This document shows, piece by piece, positions 1-9,511 of a stretch of DNA of 64,000 bases; position 1 is the first letter of the stretch, and each line of letters begins with the position of its first letter. The notes below the pieces were generated by a model that made no database searches, was not told the DNA's origin, and worked only from the letters and a program-made list of their open reading frames with translations. The DNA lies in assembly GCA_024762975.1 (NCBI GenBank), contig JANTGJ010000003.1, positions 2,736-66,735 on the forward strand, in the 5' to 3' direction. The position numbers and the translations under genes are program-made. Origin of the DNA: Candidatus Krumholzibacteriia bacterium (lineage in GTDB: Bacteria; Krumholzibacteriota; Krumholzibacteriia; LZORAL124-64-63).

Positions 1-179
1 ACGCGGGCCGGGTGGGGACTTTGGGCGTAGAGCCCCCCTACGATCGAGCCCATACTGGTGCCGGCGACGAAGTCGGCCTGCAGTCCGGCTTCGTGCAGCG
101 CCTCCAGGACACCCGCGTGCGCCAGTCCCCGGGCGCCGCCGCTGCCGAGGGCCAATCCGATCTGGAGTTTTCGAGCCAT
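1..179 (-). CDS. Patatin-like phospholipase, N-terminal part (runs off window start)
   Basis: Manual translation from ATG at 179: [52 protein letters not shown]. Contains the patatin GSGGARG and GTSMG nucleophile motifs. Not in the ORF track. Confidence 0.9.
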   Translation of the reverse strand, partial: MARKLQIGLALGSGGARGLAHAGVLEALHEAGLQADFVAGTSMGSIVGGLYAQSPHPAR

Positions 180-323
180 GCTTTGTTGCCTTTCTCAGGG
201 TCTTCCGTCACGGCTGTCAACGTAGCAAAGATGCTGCCGCGATGAAACGAAGGATTCTTTGACCCGCGCTCCGGGACAGGTTAGCATTCCTGCGAAATCG
301 CCCGTCTGATACCTGACGATAGG

Positions 324-1319
324 ATGAGTGCCATGACTGACGGCCCGCAGGCCTCGCAGGAGTCCGCGAATTTGCCAGAATCGCCTTTTCATCTGGAACG
401 CATGATGCGCGAGTCGGCGCGTCAGTTCGAGTCCGAGGACTATGCTTCGGAGGACGATTTTCGCGAAAACATGCAGGAACTACTCGACGGCGGACTCTCC
501 GAGGCACGCGCGGAGTTCCTGAAGAACGACCCGACGGAGATGGCGCAGGAACTGGCGTTTCAGGCGTTTGAATCCGAGGATCCGAAGGAGGCGCTGAAGC
601 TCGTCGAGCAGGCTGTCGAATTGGATGCCCATTGCGTTGACGCGCTGACGATCCTCGCTTTTCTGACCGCCGAGGATGCTGCCGAACTGATCGAAAAAGT
701 GGAACACGCGGCCTCCGTCGGAGAGAATCGTCTGGGCGAGGACTTCTTCTCCGAGTTCCTGGGTGACTTCTGGCCGATGGTCGAGGCGCGTCCCTACCTG
801 CGTACCCTCAAGCAACTGGCCCAGATCCTGTGGATGGTCGGCCGCCGGTTCGATGCCGTCGAAATCTACGAGAACCTGCTCGAACTGGACCCCGCCGACC
901 ACATGGGCCACAGCCAGGCGCTGCTGGGTTGTTATCTGTCGATGGGAGAGGTGCAGCGGTCGTGGGATCTGCTCGAGGAATATGACGACGACGTGAACGC
1001 GCTCTACCAATGGGCCTGGGTGCTGGTCTTCCTGCTGGCCCAGGATGAGGATGCCGCCGAGGACGCCTTGGAACACGCGCTGAAGATGAATATCGCTGCG
1101 GTACCCTACCTGATCGGCATGGTCGAACAGGAGGGAGAGCCGGGCAGTGCTCCGGCAGCACCGGGCAGCGACGAAGAGGCGGAGCTGTGCGGCCTGACCC
1201 TGGGCGAGGCCTGGCGTTCGAAGGATGAGGCGCTTCTGTGGTTGCAGCAGGCGCTGCTGGAGCGAGGCGTAATCCAACTCGAGGACGAAGAGGACGAAGA
1301 CGACGAATCCGAGGACTAG
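324..1319 (+). CDS. Acidic TPR-like helical repeat protein
   Basis: 331 aa, helical, with TPR-like segments (AVEIYENLLELDPADH; RPYLR) and a very acidic C-terminus. Confidence 0.65.
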   Translation: MSAMTDGPQASQESANLPESPFHLERMMRESARQFESEDYASEDDFRENMQELLDGGLSEARAEFLKNDPTEMAQELAFQAFESEDPKEALKLVEQAVELDAHCVDALTILAFLTAEDAAELIEKVEHAASVGENRLGEDFFSEFLGDFWPMVEARPYLRTLKQLAQILWMVGRRFDAVEIYENLLELDPADHMGHSQALLGCYLSMGEVQRSWDLLEEYDDDVNALYQWAWVLVFLLAQDEDAAEDALEHALKMNIAAVPYLIGMVEQEGEPGSAPAAPGSDEEAELCGLTLGEAWRSKDEALLWLQQALLERGVIQLEDEEDEDDESED

Positions 1320-1340
1320 CCTCATTCCCTTCGCGGTTCT

Positions 1341-1371
1341 GACAAATCCCGGCCAGCGGTCGGGATTTGTC
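1341..1371. terminator. Inverted repeat after the TPR gene (possible terminator or operator)
   Basis: GACAAATCCCG-N9-CGGGATTTGTC, immediately followed by TATAAT at 1373-1378. Confidence 0.4.
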
Positions 1372-1426
1372 GTATAATTATCTCAGTCAGTTTTTTGGAA
1401 TATGACCTCAACGATGCTGTGGTGGA

Positions 1427-3517
1427 GTGAAGATGCTCGTACGCCGTGGAATCCCCGCCCTGTTGGCAATGGTTTTGCTCTCTCTCGTCGTCTGGCTCGG
1501 ACAGCCGGACTCCCCGGCTCCTTTGGGTGAATCCCTGAGACATACGCTCGAAACGGCGGGACCGGATGAGATCCTGACGGTTTGGGTCCATTTCCGCGAT
1601 CGTGATCTGGACGAAACGGCGCTGGAGCAGGCCTTGGCACTCGCTACCGAAGAACTGCCGGCACGCACGCTGAAGCGCCGGGCCAAGGTGTTTCCTTCGG
1701 GTATGCCGTTGGTCGATGCGCGCGACCTGCCGGTCTCGAACGAATACCTGCAGCAGATCGTGGCCACGGGCGCAACGCTGCGCCGGACCAGCCGCTGGCT
1801 GAATGCGGCCAGTTTCGAGGTCCCCGCGGGCCGTATTGATCAGATCACCCGGCTGGATTTCGTCCGGCGGGTGGACCGCGTCGTTCGAGTCGTGCGGGCC
1901 GCGATTCCCACGCCCGTTGTGGACACCGCGCCTCATCCCGTCCCCGGGGAGAAATCCACCGCCTGGATTCTGGACTATGGCGAATCCCAGGCTGGAATGG
2001 AGCAGGCCAATGTGCCTCCCGTGCACGAAATGGGCTACACCGGTCAGGGCGTTGTCGTGGGCATGCTCGATACCGGCTTCCACACGGGGCACGAGAGTCT
2101 GGTCGATGTACCGGTGCTGGGCACCTATGATTTTGTGAATGACGATCCCGTAGTGGATCTGGAAGCGGGCGATCCGGACAATGCGATCTCCCATGGTACC
2201 GTGACCCTGTCGAACGTGGCCGGTTATGCTCCCGGTCAGATGATCGCACCGGCCTATGGTGCCTCGGTGCTGCTGGCCAAGACCGAGGATGTGGCCGACG
2301 AGTACGCACTGGAAGAGGACTACTGGGTCGCCGGGCTGGAATGGCTCGAGGCGCAGGGAGCCGATCTGGTTTCGGCCTCCCTGGGCTACTACGACTGGTA
2401 CACCTTCGACGACCTGGACGGCGAGACCGCGGTGACCACGATCGCAGCCGATCTGGCGGCCGGCCGCGGGTTGCTCCTGGTCACTGCAGCGGGAAACGAA
2501 CGGGGCAGCGGATGGGGTGCGATTATCGCTCCGGCCGATGCGGACAGCGTACTGAGTGTGGGTGCCGTCTACGCCGATTCGACGGTGACCTACTTCTCTT
2601 CGCCCGGCCCGACGGCCGATGGCCGGATCAAGCCCGAGGTCGCGGCGCTCGGCTACCAGAACCGGGCCGCCGATCCGTCGGACGATACGAACTACATCAA
2701 CGCTTCGGGTACCTCACTCGCCTGCCCGGTGGTAGCGGGCGTAGCCGCCCTGGTGCTGGAGCGTACCCCCGAGTTGACACCCATGCAGTTGCGCGAGGCC
2801 CTGATGATGACCGCCGGCCAGGCCGATTCACCGGATAACGATCTGGGCTGGGGTATCGTCAATGCAATGGACGCGGTGATGTACTTCGGTCCGCACTTCG
2901 TACACGCGCCGCTGGCGGAAACGACCACCGACACCGAAGGCCCGTACACGATTCTCGCCATGATCACGGACGTCGAGGCGGTGCAGGATGCCTGGGTCAC
3001 CTACCGCACGAACGACGGTCCGTGGCAGCAGCTGGCGATGACGCCGCTGGGCTCGAATCTGTACTCGGCTGACATTCCGGGCCAGCCCTATACGACCATT
3101 GTCGACTACCTCATCGAAGCGGTCAGCGTCAATGGCGTGGCCAAGCGGAATCCCGATCCGATCGACGCCGAACCCTTCCACACCTTTGCCGTGACGCGTT
3201 CCTCGGATGTGGAGTGCCTGTGCAATCAGGATCTGCCCGAGCCGACTGCCTTGCTGGGCGCGGCGCCGAACCCGTTCAATCCGCGTACGAATATCCGCTT
3301 CCGGATCGGGGCCGCCGGCAGGGCGCTCCTGGAGATCTACGATATGAGGGGCCGCCGGGTTCGTTCGCTGCTGGACGAAAACCTCGAGGTTGGCCAGCAG
3401 GACGTGATGTGGGACGGCCGGAACGAGAGCGGCCTGGAGGTCGGCAGCGGTGTGTACCTCTACCGACTCCAGGCCGTGGATCAGGCGCTGACGGGCAAAG
3501 TGATGCTCGTCCGCTGA
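1427..3517 (+). CDS. Secreted S8 (subtilisin-like) serine peptidase with C-terminal FlgD-Ig/T9SS-like domain
   Basis: Signal peptide; catalytic motifs LDTGF, HGT, AAGN, SGTSLACP; tail PNPFNP...SGVYLYRL...KVMLVR. Confidence 0.92.
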   Translation: MKMLVRRGIPALLAMVLLSLVVWLGQPDSPAPLGESLRHTLETAGPDEILTVWVHFRDRDLDETALEQALALATEELPARTLKRRAKVFPSGMPLVDARDLPVSNEYLQQIVATGATLRRTSRWLNAASFEVPAGRIDQITRLDFVRRVDRVVRVVRAAIPTPVVDTAPHPVPGEKSTAWILDYGESQAGMEQANVPPVHEMGYTGQGVVVGMLDTGFHTGHESLVDVPVLGTYDFVNDDPVVDLEAGDPDNAISHGTVTLSNVAGYAPGQMIAPAYGASVLLAKTEDVADEYALEEDYWVAGLEWLEAQGADLVSASLGYYDWYTFDDLDGETAVTTIAADLAAGRGLLLVTAAGNERGSGWGAIIAPADADSVLSVGAVYADSTVTYFSSPGPTADGRIKPEVAALGYQNRAADPSDDTNYINASGTSLACPVVAGVAALVLERTPELTPMQLREALMMTAGQADSPDNDLGWGIVNAMDAVMYFGPHFVHAPLAETTTDTEGPYTILAMITDVEAVQDAWVTYRTNDGPWQQLAMTPLGSNLYSADIPGQPYTTIVDYLIEAVSVNGVAKRNPDPIDAEPFHTFAVTRSSDVECLCNQDLPEPTALLGAAPNPFNPRTNIRFRIGAAGRALLEIYDMRGRRVRSLLDENLEVGQQDVMWDGRNESGLEVGSGVYLYRLQAVDQALTGKVMLVR

Positions 3518-3524
3518 TCAATCG

Positions 3525-4316
3525 CTAGCCGTCACCATCGAGCAGGCGGCCCAGGCCGCCGAGTACCGAGCCCTCTCCCCGGCTCTTGCCGCCATGGCTG
3601 GGTGCGTGGGCGATGATGCGGTCGGCCATGCGTGAGAACGGCAGGCTCTGCAGATAGACCGTGCCGCGGCCGCGCAGGGTGGCCAGGAACATGCCCTCTC
3701 CGCCGAAGATCATGCTCTTCAGATTGCCGGCGCGCCGAATGTCGTACTCGATGCCCTCGGTGAATCCCACCAGGCAACCGGTATCCACGCGCAGGGTCTC
3801 GCCATGGAGCACTTTCTTGACCACGGTTCCACCGGCGTGCACGAAGGCGCGGCCGTCCCCCTCGAGTTTCTGCAGGATGAAACCCTCGCCACCGAAAAAT
3901 CCGGCGCCGAGCTTGCGCTGCAGCGCAATCGATACCTTGGTGCCCAGCGCGGCCGCCAGGAAGGCATCCTTCTGGCAGACGAAGCTGTTGCCGAGTTCCT
4001 GCATCTCCAAGGGGACGATCTGACCGGGGTAGGGAGCAGCAAAGGCGACCTTCTGCTTGCCCTGGCCCTGGTTCGTGAAATGGGTCATGAAGATCGATTC
4101 GCCGGTCAGGACGCGCTTGCCCACGGAGAAAAGCTTGTCCATCAGTCCTTCGTTGGCGGTCGATCCGTCGCCCATGCGGGCTTCGAACTGGATGCCCTGG
4201 TCCATGTAATTCAGGGCGCCGGCTTCGGCGATCACCGTCTCGCCCGGATCGAGCTCGACTTCCACCAGTTGCATGTCGTCGCCAATGATCTCGTAGTCCA
4301 CTTCGTGACAGCGCAT
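3525..4316 (-). CDS. TIGR00266 / AIM24 family protein
   Basis: [33 protein letters not shown]...[13 protein letters not shown]...FGGEG...QSLPFSR. Start chosen at the ATG following a CAGGAGAG RBS. Confidence 0.9.
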   Translation of the reverse strand: MRCHEVDYEIIGDDMQLVEVELDPGETVIAEAGALNYMDQGIQFEARMGDGSTANEGLMDKLFSVGKRVLTGESIFMTHFTNQGQGKQKVAFAAPYPGQIVPLEMQELGNSFVCQKDAFLAAALGTKVSIALQRKLGAGFFGGEGFILQKLEGDGRAFVHAGGTVVKKVLHGETLRVDTGCLVGFTEGIEYDIRRAGNLKSMIFGGEGMFLATLRGRGTVYLQSLPFSRMADRIIAHAPSHGGKSRGEGSVLGGLGRLLDGDG

Positions 4317-4510
4317 GGCACTCTCCTGATTCGCGGTTGGAGGATCCGATCGGGTTCCCAATACATGGGTATGATAGAACAACGGCTGCACGAGTCCACT
4401 GTTGCGGGAAGAAATCGCGCGGGGGATGTGCTATCTTGGCCTTGCAATTGCGACGTCCGATTTCGCCTCGGACCTACCCGCTGGCACCTTCCCTTGTTCG
4501 AGAGGATCTC

Positions 4511-6007
4511 ATGGCTCGTTCCCATACACGATTCTACTGCAAGAACTGCGGCCACGAGGAACTTCGCTGGGCGGGGCAATGTCCCGGCTGCCGCGAATGG
4601 AACACCTTCGCCGAGGTGAAGGTCGCCGACACGAAGGGCAAGAAAGGCGCGCAGGGTTTCTCGTCGAAACAGGGCTCGGTGGGCTTCGGCCTTCCGGGGC
4701 CGGGAGCCGGTGCGCCGGCCGGCCTGGCTGCCGCGGTCGGGCCGGACGGGCGCTTCCAACCGACGCCGCTGCGCGAGATCTCGTCGGCAGACACCCGCCG
4801 TTTGCCGGTGGAACCGGCCGAGATCGCCCGTGTGCTGGGCGGCGGCCTGGTCGAGGGTTCGGTCGTCCTGCTGGGCGGTGAGCCGGGCGTGGGCAAGTCC
4901 ACTCTGCTGACCGGCCTGGCCCTGTGGTGGATGCGCCAGGGAACTCGTGTGATCTACGTTGCGGGGGAGGAGTCGCCGTCCCAGATCCGTATGCGTGCCG
5001 AGCGGCTCGGATTCGACCCGCACAGCGAACCGGGATTCGACATCCTGCCGGAGGTGCACCTCGAGAGTCTGGTCGATGCGCTCGACCGGGCGATCGCCGA
5101 GGATGACGGCCCGGTCGTACTGATCGCCGACTCGGTGCAGACCCTGCACAGCGAACAGGTCGACTCCTACCCGGGCAGCCCGACACAGATCCGTTACTGC
5201 GGAGGAGTGTTGGCCGATTTTGCCCGGCGCAGCGGCTGCCCCGTCTTTCTGGTCGGCCATGTGACCAAGTCCGGAGACCTGGCCGGGCCGAAACTGCTGG
5301 AGCACATGGTCGACACCGTACTGTATTTCGAGGGTTCGGGCGGCGAGGCCATCCGCATGGTGCGCGCGGTGAAGAACCGCTTCGGCACCACGGGCGAACT
5401 GGCCGTTCTGGAGATGCGCGCGGACGGACTGTTTCCGGTGGATCAGGCCGGCGTGCTGTTCCTGAGCGGCCGCCGCGGCGCCGAGCCTGGATCCGCTGTC
5501 TGTGCGGTGAAGAACGGATCGCGGACCTTCCTGGTCGAGGTGCAGGCATTGGTGTCGGTTTCACGCTACGGGACTCCGCAACGGGTCGTTCAGGGCGTCG
5601 ACGCGAAGCGAGTGGCCCTGCTGGCGGCAATCCTGGAAAAACGCGCCAATCTGGACATGGGGGGATGCGACCTCTTCGTCAAGGTTGCCGGGGGCGGACG
5701 CATTGATGACCCGGGGGCGGATCTGGCGATCATGACGGCGCTGGCCTCGTCATTGCGGGAACGTCCGGTACCGATCGAAACCCTGGTGCTCGGGGAAGTA
5801 GGCCTGACCGGGGAGGTCCGGCAAGTCGCCGATCTGGAGGCGCGCCTGCGCGAGGCCGCTCGCCATGGATTCTCGCGCGCGGTGCTGGCCGCGGGCGCGG
5901 CCCGGAGCAAGCACAAGGGCATGAAAATGATTCCGGTGACCCGCGTGGAAGAGGCTGTGACCCGGGCGCTCGAACCGGTTGCGCATCGGGCGAGGGAGGA
6001 AGCGTAG
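4511..6007 (+). CDS. radA: DNA repair protein RadA/Sms
   Basis: N-terminal Zn finger CKNC...CPGC, Walker A GEPGVGKST, KNRFG motif, Lon-like C-terminal domain. Confidence 0.96.
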   Translation: MARSHTRFYCKNCGHEELRWAGQCPGCREWNTFAEVKVADTKGKKGAQGFSSKQGSVGFGLPGPGAGAPAGLAAAVGPDGRFQPTPLREISSADTRRLPVEPAEIARVLGGGLVEGSVVLLGGEPGVGKSTLLTGLALWWMRQGTRVIYVAGEESPSQIRMRAERLGFDPHSEPGFDILPEVHLESLVDALDRAIAEDDGPVVLIADSVQTLHSEQVDSYPGSPTQIRYCGGVLADFARRSGCPVFLVGHVTKSGDLAGPKLLEHMVDTVLYFEGSGGEAIRMVRAVKNRFGTTGELAVLEMRADGLFPVDQAGVLFLSGRRGAEPGSAVCAVKNGSRTFLVEVQALVSVSRYGTPQRVVQGVDAKRVALLAAILEKRANLDMGGCDLFVKVAGGGRIDDPGADLAIMTALASSLRERPVPIETLVLGEVGLTGEVRQVADLEARLREAARHGFSRAVLAAGAARSKHKGMKMIPVTRVEEAVTRALEPVAHRAREEA

Positions 6008-6784
6008 ATGTCGAAACCGAACCAGTTGCACCTGATCCTGTTGGCCGGCGGGACCGGCAGCCGCGCTTCGGGAGGCCGGGGCGCTCCGCCGAAGCAGTTC
6101 AGCACAACCCGCGTCGGCCCTCTTTTCGCCGTCTCCCTGAGGGAGTTTCTGCGTCTGCCGGAATCGAGTGGATTCCATCTGGCCGGCGTGACGATGACCG
6201 TGGCCGATGCCTGGTGTGAAAACGCGGTTCAGGGACTGAAGGATCTCCTTCCGCCGGATTCGACGGTTCCGTGGCAAACCGCCGACGCGGGAGTGACGCG
6301 GACGGCCTCGACCTGGAATGCATTGCAGGTTCTGGGGACCGGTTATGATGGAGGTGCCTCGGGACCGGCTCCGGCGGCCGCTGAGCTGGTCGCCATTCAC
6401 GATGCGGCCCGGCCATTCGCATCGTTCGGACTGCTGGCCCGGGTGGCGAATGCGGCGCTGGCGGCGGGCGGAGCGGTGCCCGGAATCAAGGTGCCCGACA
6501 CGATCGTCCGCGTTGCGGAGGCGGACGAGGCCGCAGGGGCACTGCCGCCGGCAATCTACCTGAAGCGTGAACTCCTGTACGCGGTACAAACGCCCCAGGT
6601 CTTCCGGTGGGATATCCTGCAGGCCGCGCATTCGATCGCTGCCGCCGGTGGAATGGACTTCACGGACGACGGAGGTCTGCTGGCCAGCCGCGGTCACTCC
6701 CCGGCGGTGGTCGATGGCGAGCAGGGCAACTGGAAGGTCACCACGGAAGCGGATCTGCGGAGGGCGCTGGATTTGTTGAAATGA
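6008..6784 (+). CDS. ispD: 2-C-methyl-D-erythritol 4-phosphate cytidylyltransferase
   Basis: LLAGGTGSR, PKQF, IHDAARP, VQTPQVF, FTDD, NWKVTT motifs. Confidence 0.9.
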   Translation: MSKPNQLHLILLAGGTGSRASGGRGAPPKQFSTTRVGPLFAVSLREFLRLPESSGFHLAGVTMTVADAWCENAVQGLKDLLPPDSTVPWQTADAGVTRTASTWNALQVLGTGYDGGASGPAPAAAELVAIHDAARPFASFGLLARVANAALAAGGAVPGIKVPDTIVRVAEADEAAGALPPAIYLKRELLYAVQTPQVFRWDILQAAHSIAAAGGMDFTDDGGLLASRGHSPAVVDGEQGNWKVTTEADLRRALDLLK

Positions 6785-7039
6785 TCAGTCCAGGTCCAGC
6801 TTGACCGTTCCCTTCAGGATGCGGCACTGGCACATCAGGCGTCGACCGGGTTCGAGATCCCTGGCGCGCTCTTCGTCCGTGGGCGCCGTCAAATGATTCA
6901 GGCCGCTGAGCACGTTCGTGGCGCACTTGCCGCACACTCCGCTGTGACAGCCGAAAAGAACTCCCAGATCGGCAGCCGCCTCCATCGAGGCGCCGTCGAT
7001 CACGTTCCTGGCTTGGCTGCGGGTTCGGATCTTTGCCAA
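6785..7039 (-). CDS. [2Fe-2S] ferredoxin
   Basis: FGCHSGVCGKC...RLMCQC. TTG start at 7039 after a CAGGAG RBS. Confidence 0.88.
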   Translation of the reverse strand: MAKIRTRSQARNVIDGASMEAAADLGVLFGCHSGVCGKCATNVLSGLNHLTAPTDEERARDLEPGRRLMCQCRILKGTVKLDLD

Positions 7040-7256
7040 TTTCTGTCTCTCCTGACGCGAGATGAACAAGGGATTCACGGGAACGGTGGACGGTATTCGG
7101 AGTCCCGGCTCCGTGCAAGGGGATTCCCGGGATGGCGTTGAACGACGATCCTCCGGCTCGAATGCGAGGGGAGAATGATACTCAATCCGGAACGAACAAT
7201 TCATCATTTCGAAGGTGTTCCCGGACAAGAAATATCGAAAAAAGCCGGAAAACATG

Positions 7257-7286
7257 TTGACATATTGTTGGCTAATCGAGTACAGT
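7257..7286 (+). promoter_or_regulatory. Putative sigma70 promoter for the paired secreted proteins
   Basis: TTGACA-N18-TACAGT in an AT-rich intergenic region. Confidence 0.45.
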
Positions 7287-7434
7287 TCCTGTTAATAGTT
7301 CACCATCAGGGTACACAATTGATCCTAGGTATCTTGAGAATAGAAGGCTTTCGATCGCAGGGGTTGAAAGTGGCAAGGTGGCGTCGGCTTGTACCCGGCG
7401 TCTCACAGCGTGTCACACTTGGAAGGACAACGTC

Positions 7435-8088
7435 ATGAAGGAATTGCGCACCACACTTCTTGTGGTTTTCGCGTCTACCGTGATCCTGGCACTGCCGGCC
7501 GCGGCCCAGATCCGCGTGATCGACTATCTCGGTTACGGATGGGAGACCGGACAGTCCGCCGGCGACGAGTTTCACTTTTTGGGCATTTCGGATCTCGTGG
7601 ATCCGATCTTCGGCGTGGATCTGAGCGTGGAGGAATTGACGCTGTACACGACCAACCTGGTGGTTCTGGGTTCGGTTGATGTGGGCGGCGGCACGACGAT
7701 GATCAGCTATTCCACCGGCACGATGGAGATCTACCAGGATCCCCTGCAGGATTCGGACTGGGGAATCAACCCGCCCAACGCAACGGCGCCCAGCACGTTC
7801 GTCAACGGAGACCTTTTCTTCTCCGGCGAATTGGTGGATCTGGTGATGTTCCGCAACAGCGATGGATCCGGTCATTTCTCAGGAAGCCTGAACGGCACCG
7901 GTGGTTCGATGATTGCCGGCAGTTGCAGCAATTGTGTCTATTCGTGGGGGGGAACCTTCACCAGTGGTACGGGCGCACAATTGATCGAAGGCTATTCCAT
8001 GCAGGTCGACGGTGTTCTCGAGATCGATGAAGCCGTTTCCACCGATTCCGCAGCCTGGGGCTCGGTAAAGGCCTTGTATAGCAACTAG
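7435..8088 (+). CDS. Secreted beta-rich protein with C-terminal WGSVKALY motif
   Basis: Signal peptide (ALPAAAQ), G/S/T-rich body, ends AVSTDSAAWGSVKALYSN. Confidence 0.8.
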   Translation: MKELRTTLLVVFASTVILALPAAAQIRVIDYLGYGWETGQSAGDEFHFLGISDLVDPIFGVDLSVEELTLYTTNLVVLGSVDVGGGTTMISYSTGTMEIYQDPLQDSDWGINPPNATAPSTFVNGDLFFSGELVDLVMFRNSDGSGHFSGSLNGTGGSMIAGSCSNCVYSWGGTFTSGTGAQLIEGYSMQVDGVLEIDEAVSTDSAAWGSVKALYSN

Positions 8089-8122
8089 GGATTCAATCGT
8101 TCACAGATCTGGAGGACTCGGA

Positions 8123-8755
8123 ATGAAGAGAATGTCAACGATCCTGGTGGTCATCCTGTTGGCCGGTACACTCCCCGGGCTGGCTGCCGCGCAGCAGCTG
8201 TTCGACTTCTTCGGCATGGCGAATCTGCCGGCCGCCGAAGGTGGATCCCTGAGCATGTTCGGCGTGATCCGGGACGGCGGTGCCGCCGTGGCAACCCCGC
8301 TCCCGCTGGACTTCGCCAACTACGAATACACGATCGTGGTGGAGGACCTCGTGCTGGTCACCGACGACTACCCGGAAACCTATGCGGGGGGTACGATCAC
8401 AATCTATCGCGACGCCTCCTCGACCGCCGATTACGCGGCGACCGGGACGTTCTCCGATGGCACAGCCGTGCTTTCGGGTGTCGTCAGCAGCCTCGAGCTG
8501 TTCCACTATTCAGACCTGGTGCCTTCGGCTACCGGCGGCAGCGGTATCGGTACCGTTGACTGGACGGGGGGGGCGCGCCTGGATGAGATCGCGCCGGGAG
8601 ACCAGGACGGATGGGGTTTCTTCACGGCGACGAATTCCGGATCCGGACTGCTCGAGCCCGGCTATGACGAAGTCTGGGACGGCAAGGTGGAACCCGCCAC
8701 GCCGATCGTCGGCACCGAACGGATGTCCTGGGGAGCGGTCAAGGCGATGTACTAG
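8123..8755 (+). CDS. Secreted beta-rich protein, probable paralog of the upstream gene, with C-terminal WGAVKAMY motif
   Basis: GGAGG RBS, signal peptide, shared Y-x-x-GT-x-x-IY-x-D...TF-x-(N/D)G segment, ends IVGTERMSWGAVKAMY. Confidence 0.8.
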   Translation: MKRMSTILVVILLAGTLPGLAAAQQLFDFFGMANLPAAEGGSLSMFGVIRDGGAAVATPLPLDFANYEYTIVVEDLVLVTDDYPETYAGGTITIYRDASSTADYAATGTFSDGTAVLSGVVSSLELFHYSDLVPSATGGSGIGTVDWTGGARLDEIAPGDQDGWGFFTATNSGSGLLEPGYDEVWDGKVEPATPIVGTERMSWGAVKAMY

Positions 8756-8788
8756 TCGAATTCCGACAGCACTTGCCGCCGTCAGTAC

Positions 8789-8823
8789 GGCGCCCCGACC
8801 GAGAGGTCCGGGGCGCCTTTTTT
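8789..8823 (+). terminator. Rho-independent terminator
   Basis: GGCGCCCCG-ACC-GAGA-GGT-C-CGGGGCGCC followed by TTTTTT. Confidence 0.85.
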
Positions 8824-8845
8824 ATTGGGGGTGCGAACGGCTGAC

Positions 8846-9379
8846 TCAGATGCCCCAAAGCGTCATCGTATCGACCTTGCGGCCCATCAGCTTCAGGTAG
8901 TAGAAGAGCTGCGCCTTGTGGATCGCCAGGTGGTAGTTCATGTGCAGCAGGTGATGGCCCAGGGTGCGTTCGTTCTCGGGATCCCACGGAGCCGCGATCT
9001 TTTCATTACCCAACTTTTCCTCGCCAGCTGCCTCGAGCATCTCGAAAGCCACCTTCCGGTCTGCGGCCAGCAAGTTGCGCGCCTCGGCGACGCTGCCGAT
9101 GGTGGGCATCTGTTCGGCCTTGGGCAGCATGGCTTCGTAGCTGTCCTGCTCGCAGGCATCATCGGGCATCTCGGGCATTCCCCAGTCTCCGGTCACGAAG
9201 CCACGGCAACACATTCCGCAAGAGTTCGTCAGGTGCATCAGCAACTGGCCGACGGTCATCCAGTTCTCACCGGTGGTTGGCTTCCACTCGAGGTCCTTGT
9301 CTTCCAACATTCCCATGATCTTGTCGGTGACCGCATAGGTTTCGGTCATTTCCGCGTACAAGAGTTGGCTCCAGTTCAT
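8846..9379 (-). CDS. DinB family protein
   Basis: WKPT...MTVGQLLMHL...HLAIHKAQLFYYLKLMG, the DinB His pattern. Confidence 0.85.
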   Translation of the reverse strand: MNWSQLLYAEMTETYAVTDKIMGMLEDKDLEWKPTTGENWMTVGQLLMHLTNSCGMCCRGFVTGDWGMPEMPDDACEQDSYEAMLPKAEQMPTIGSVAEARNLLAADRKVAFEMLEAAGEEKLGNEKIAAPWDPENERTLGHHLLHMNYHLAIHKAQLFYYLKLMGRKVDTMTLWGI

Positions 9380-9511
9380 GATTTTCTCCTTGAGCAGGGT
9401 ATCGATCAGGATGGTTGTTTGCCTGGGGAACAGACAGGATACGCAAACCGGGGGCGAAAGAAAAGCGAAAAGCGGAATTTTGACAAGAAAATCGGAGCCG
9501 CAGAAAACCGG

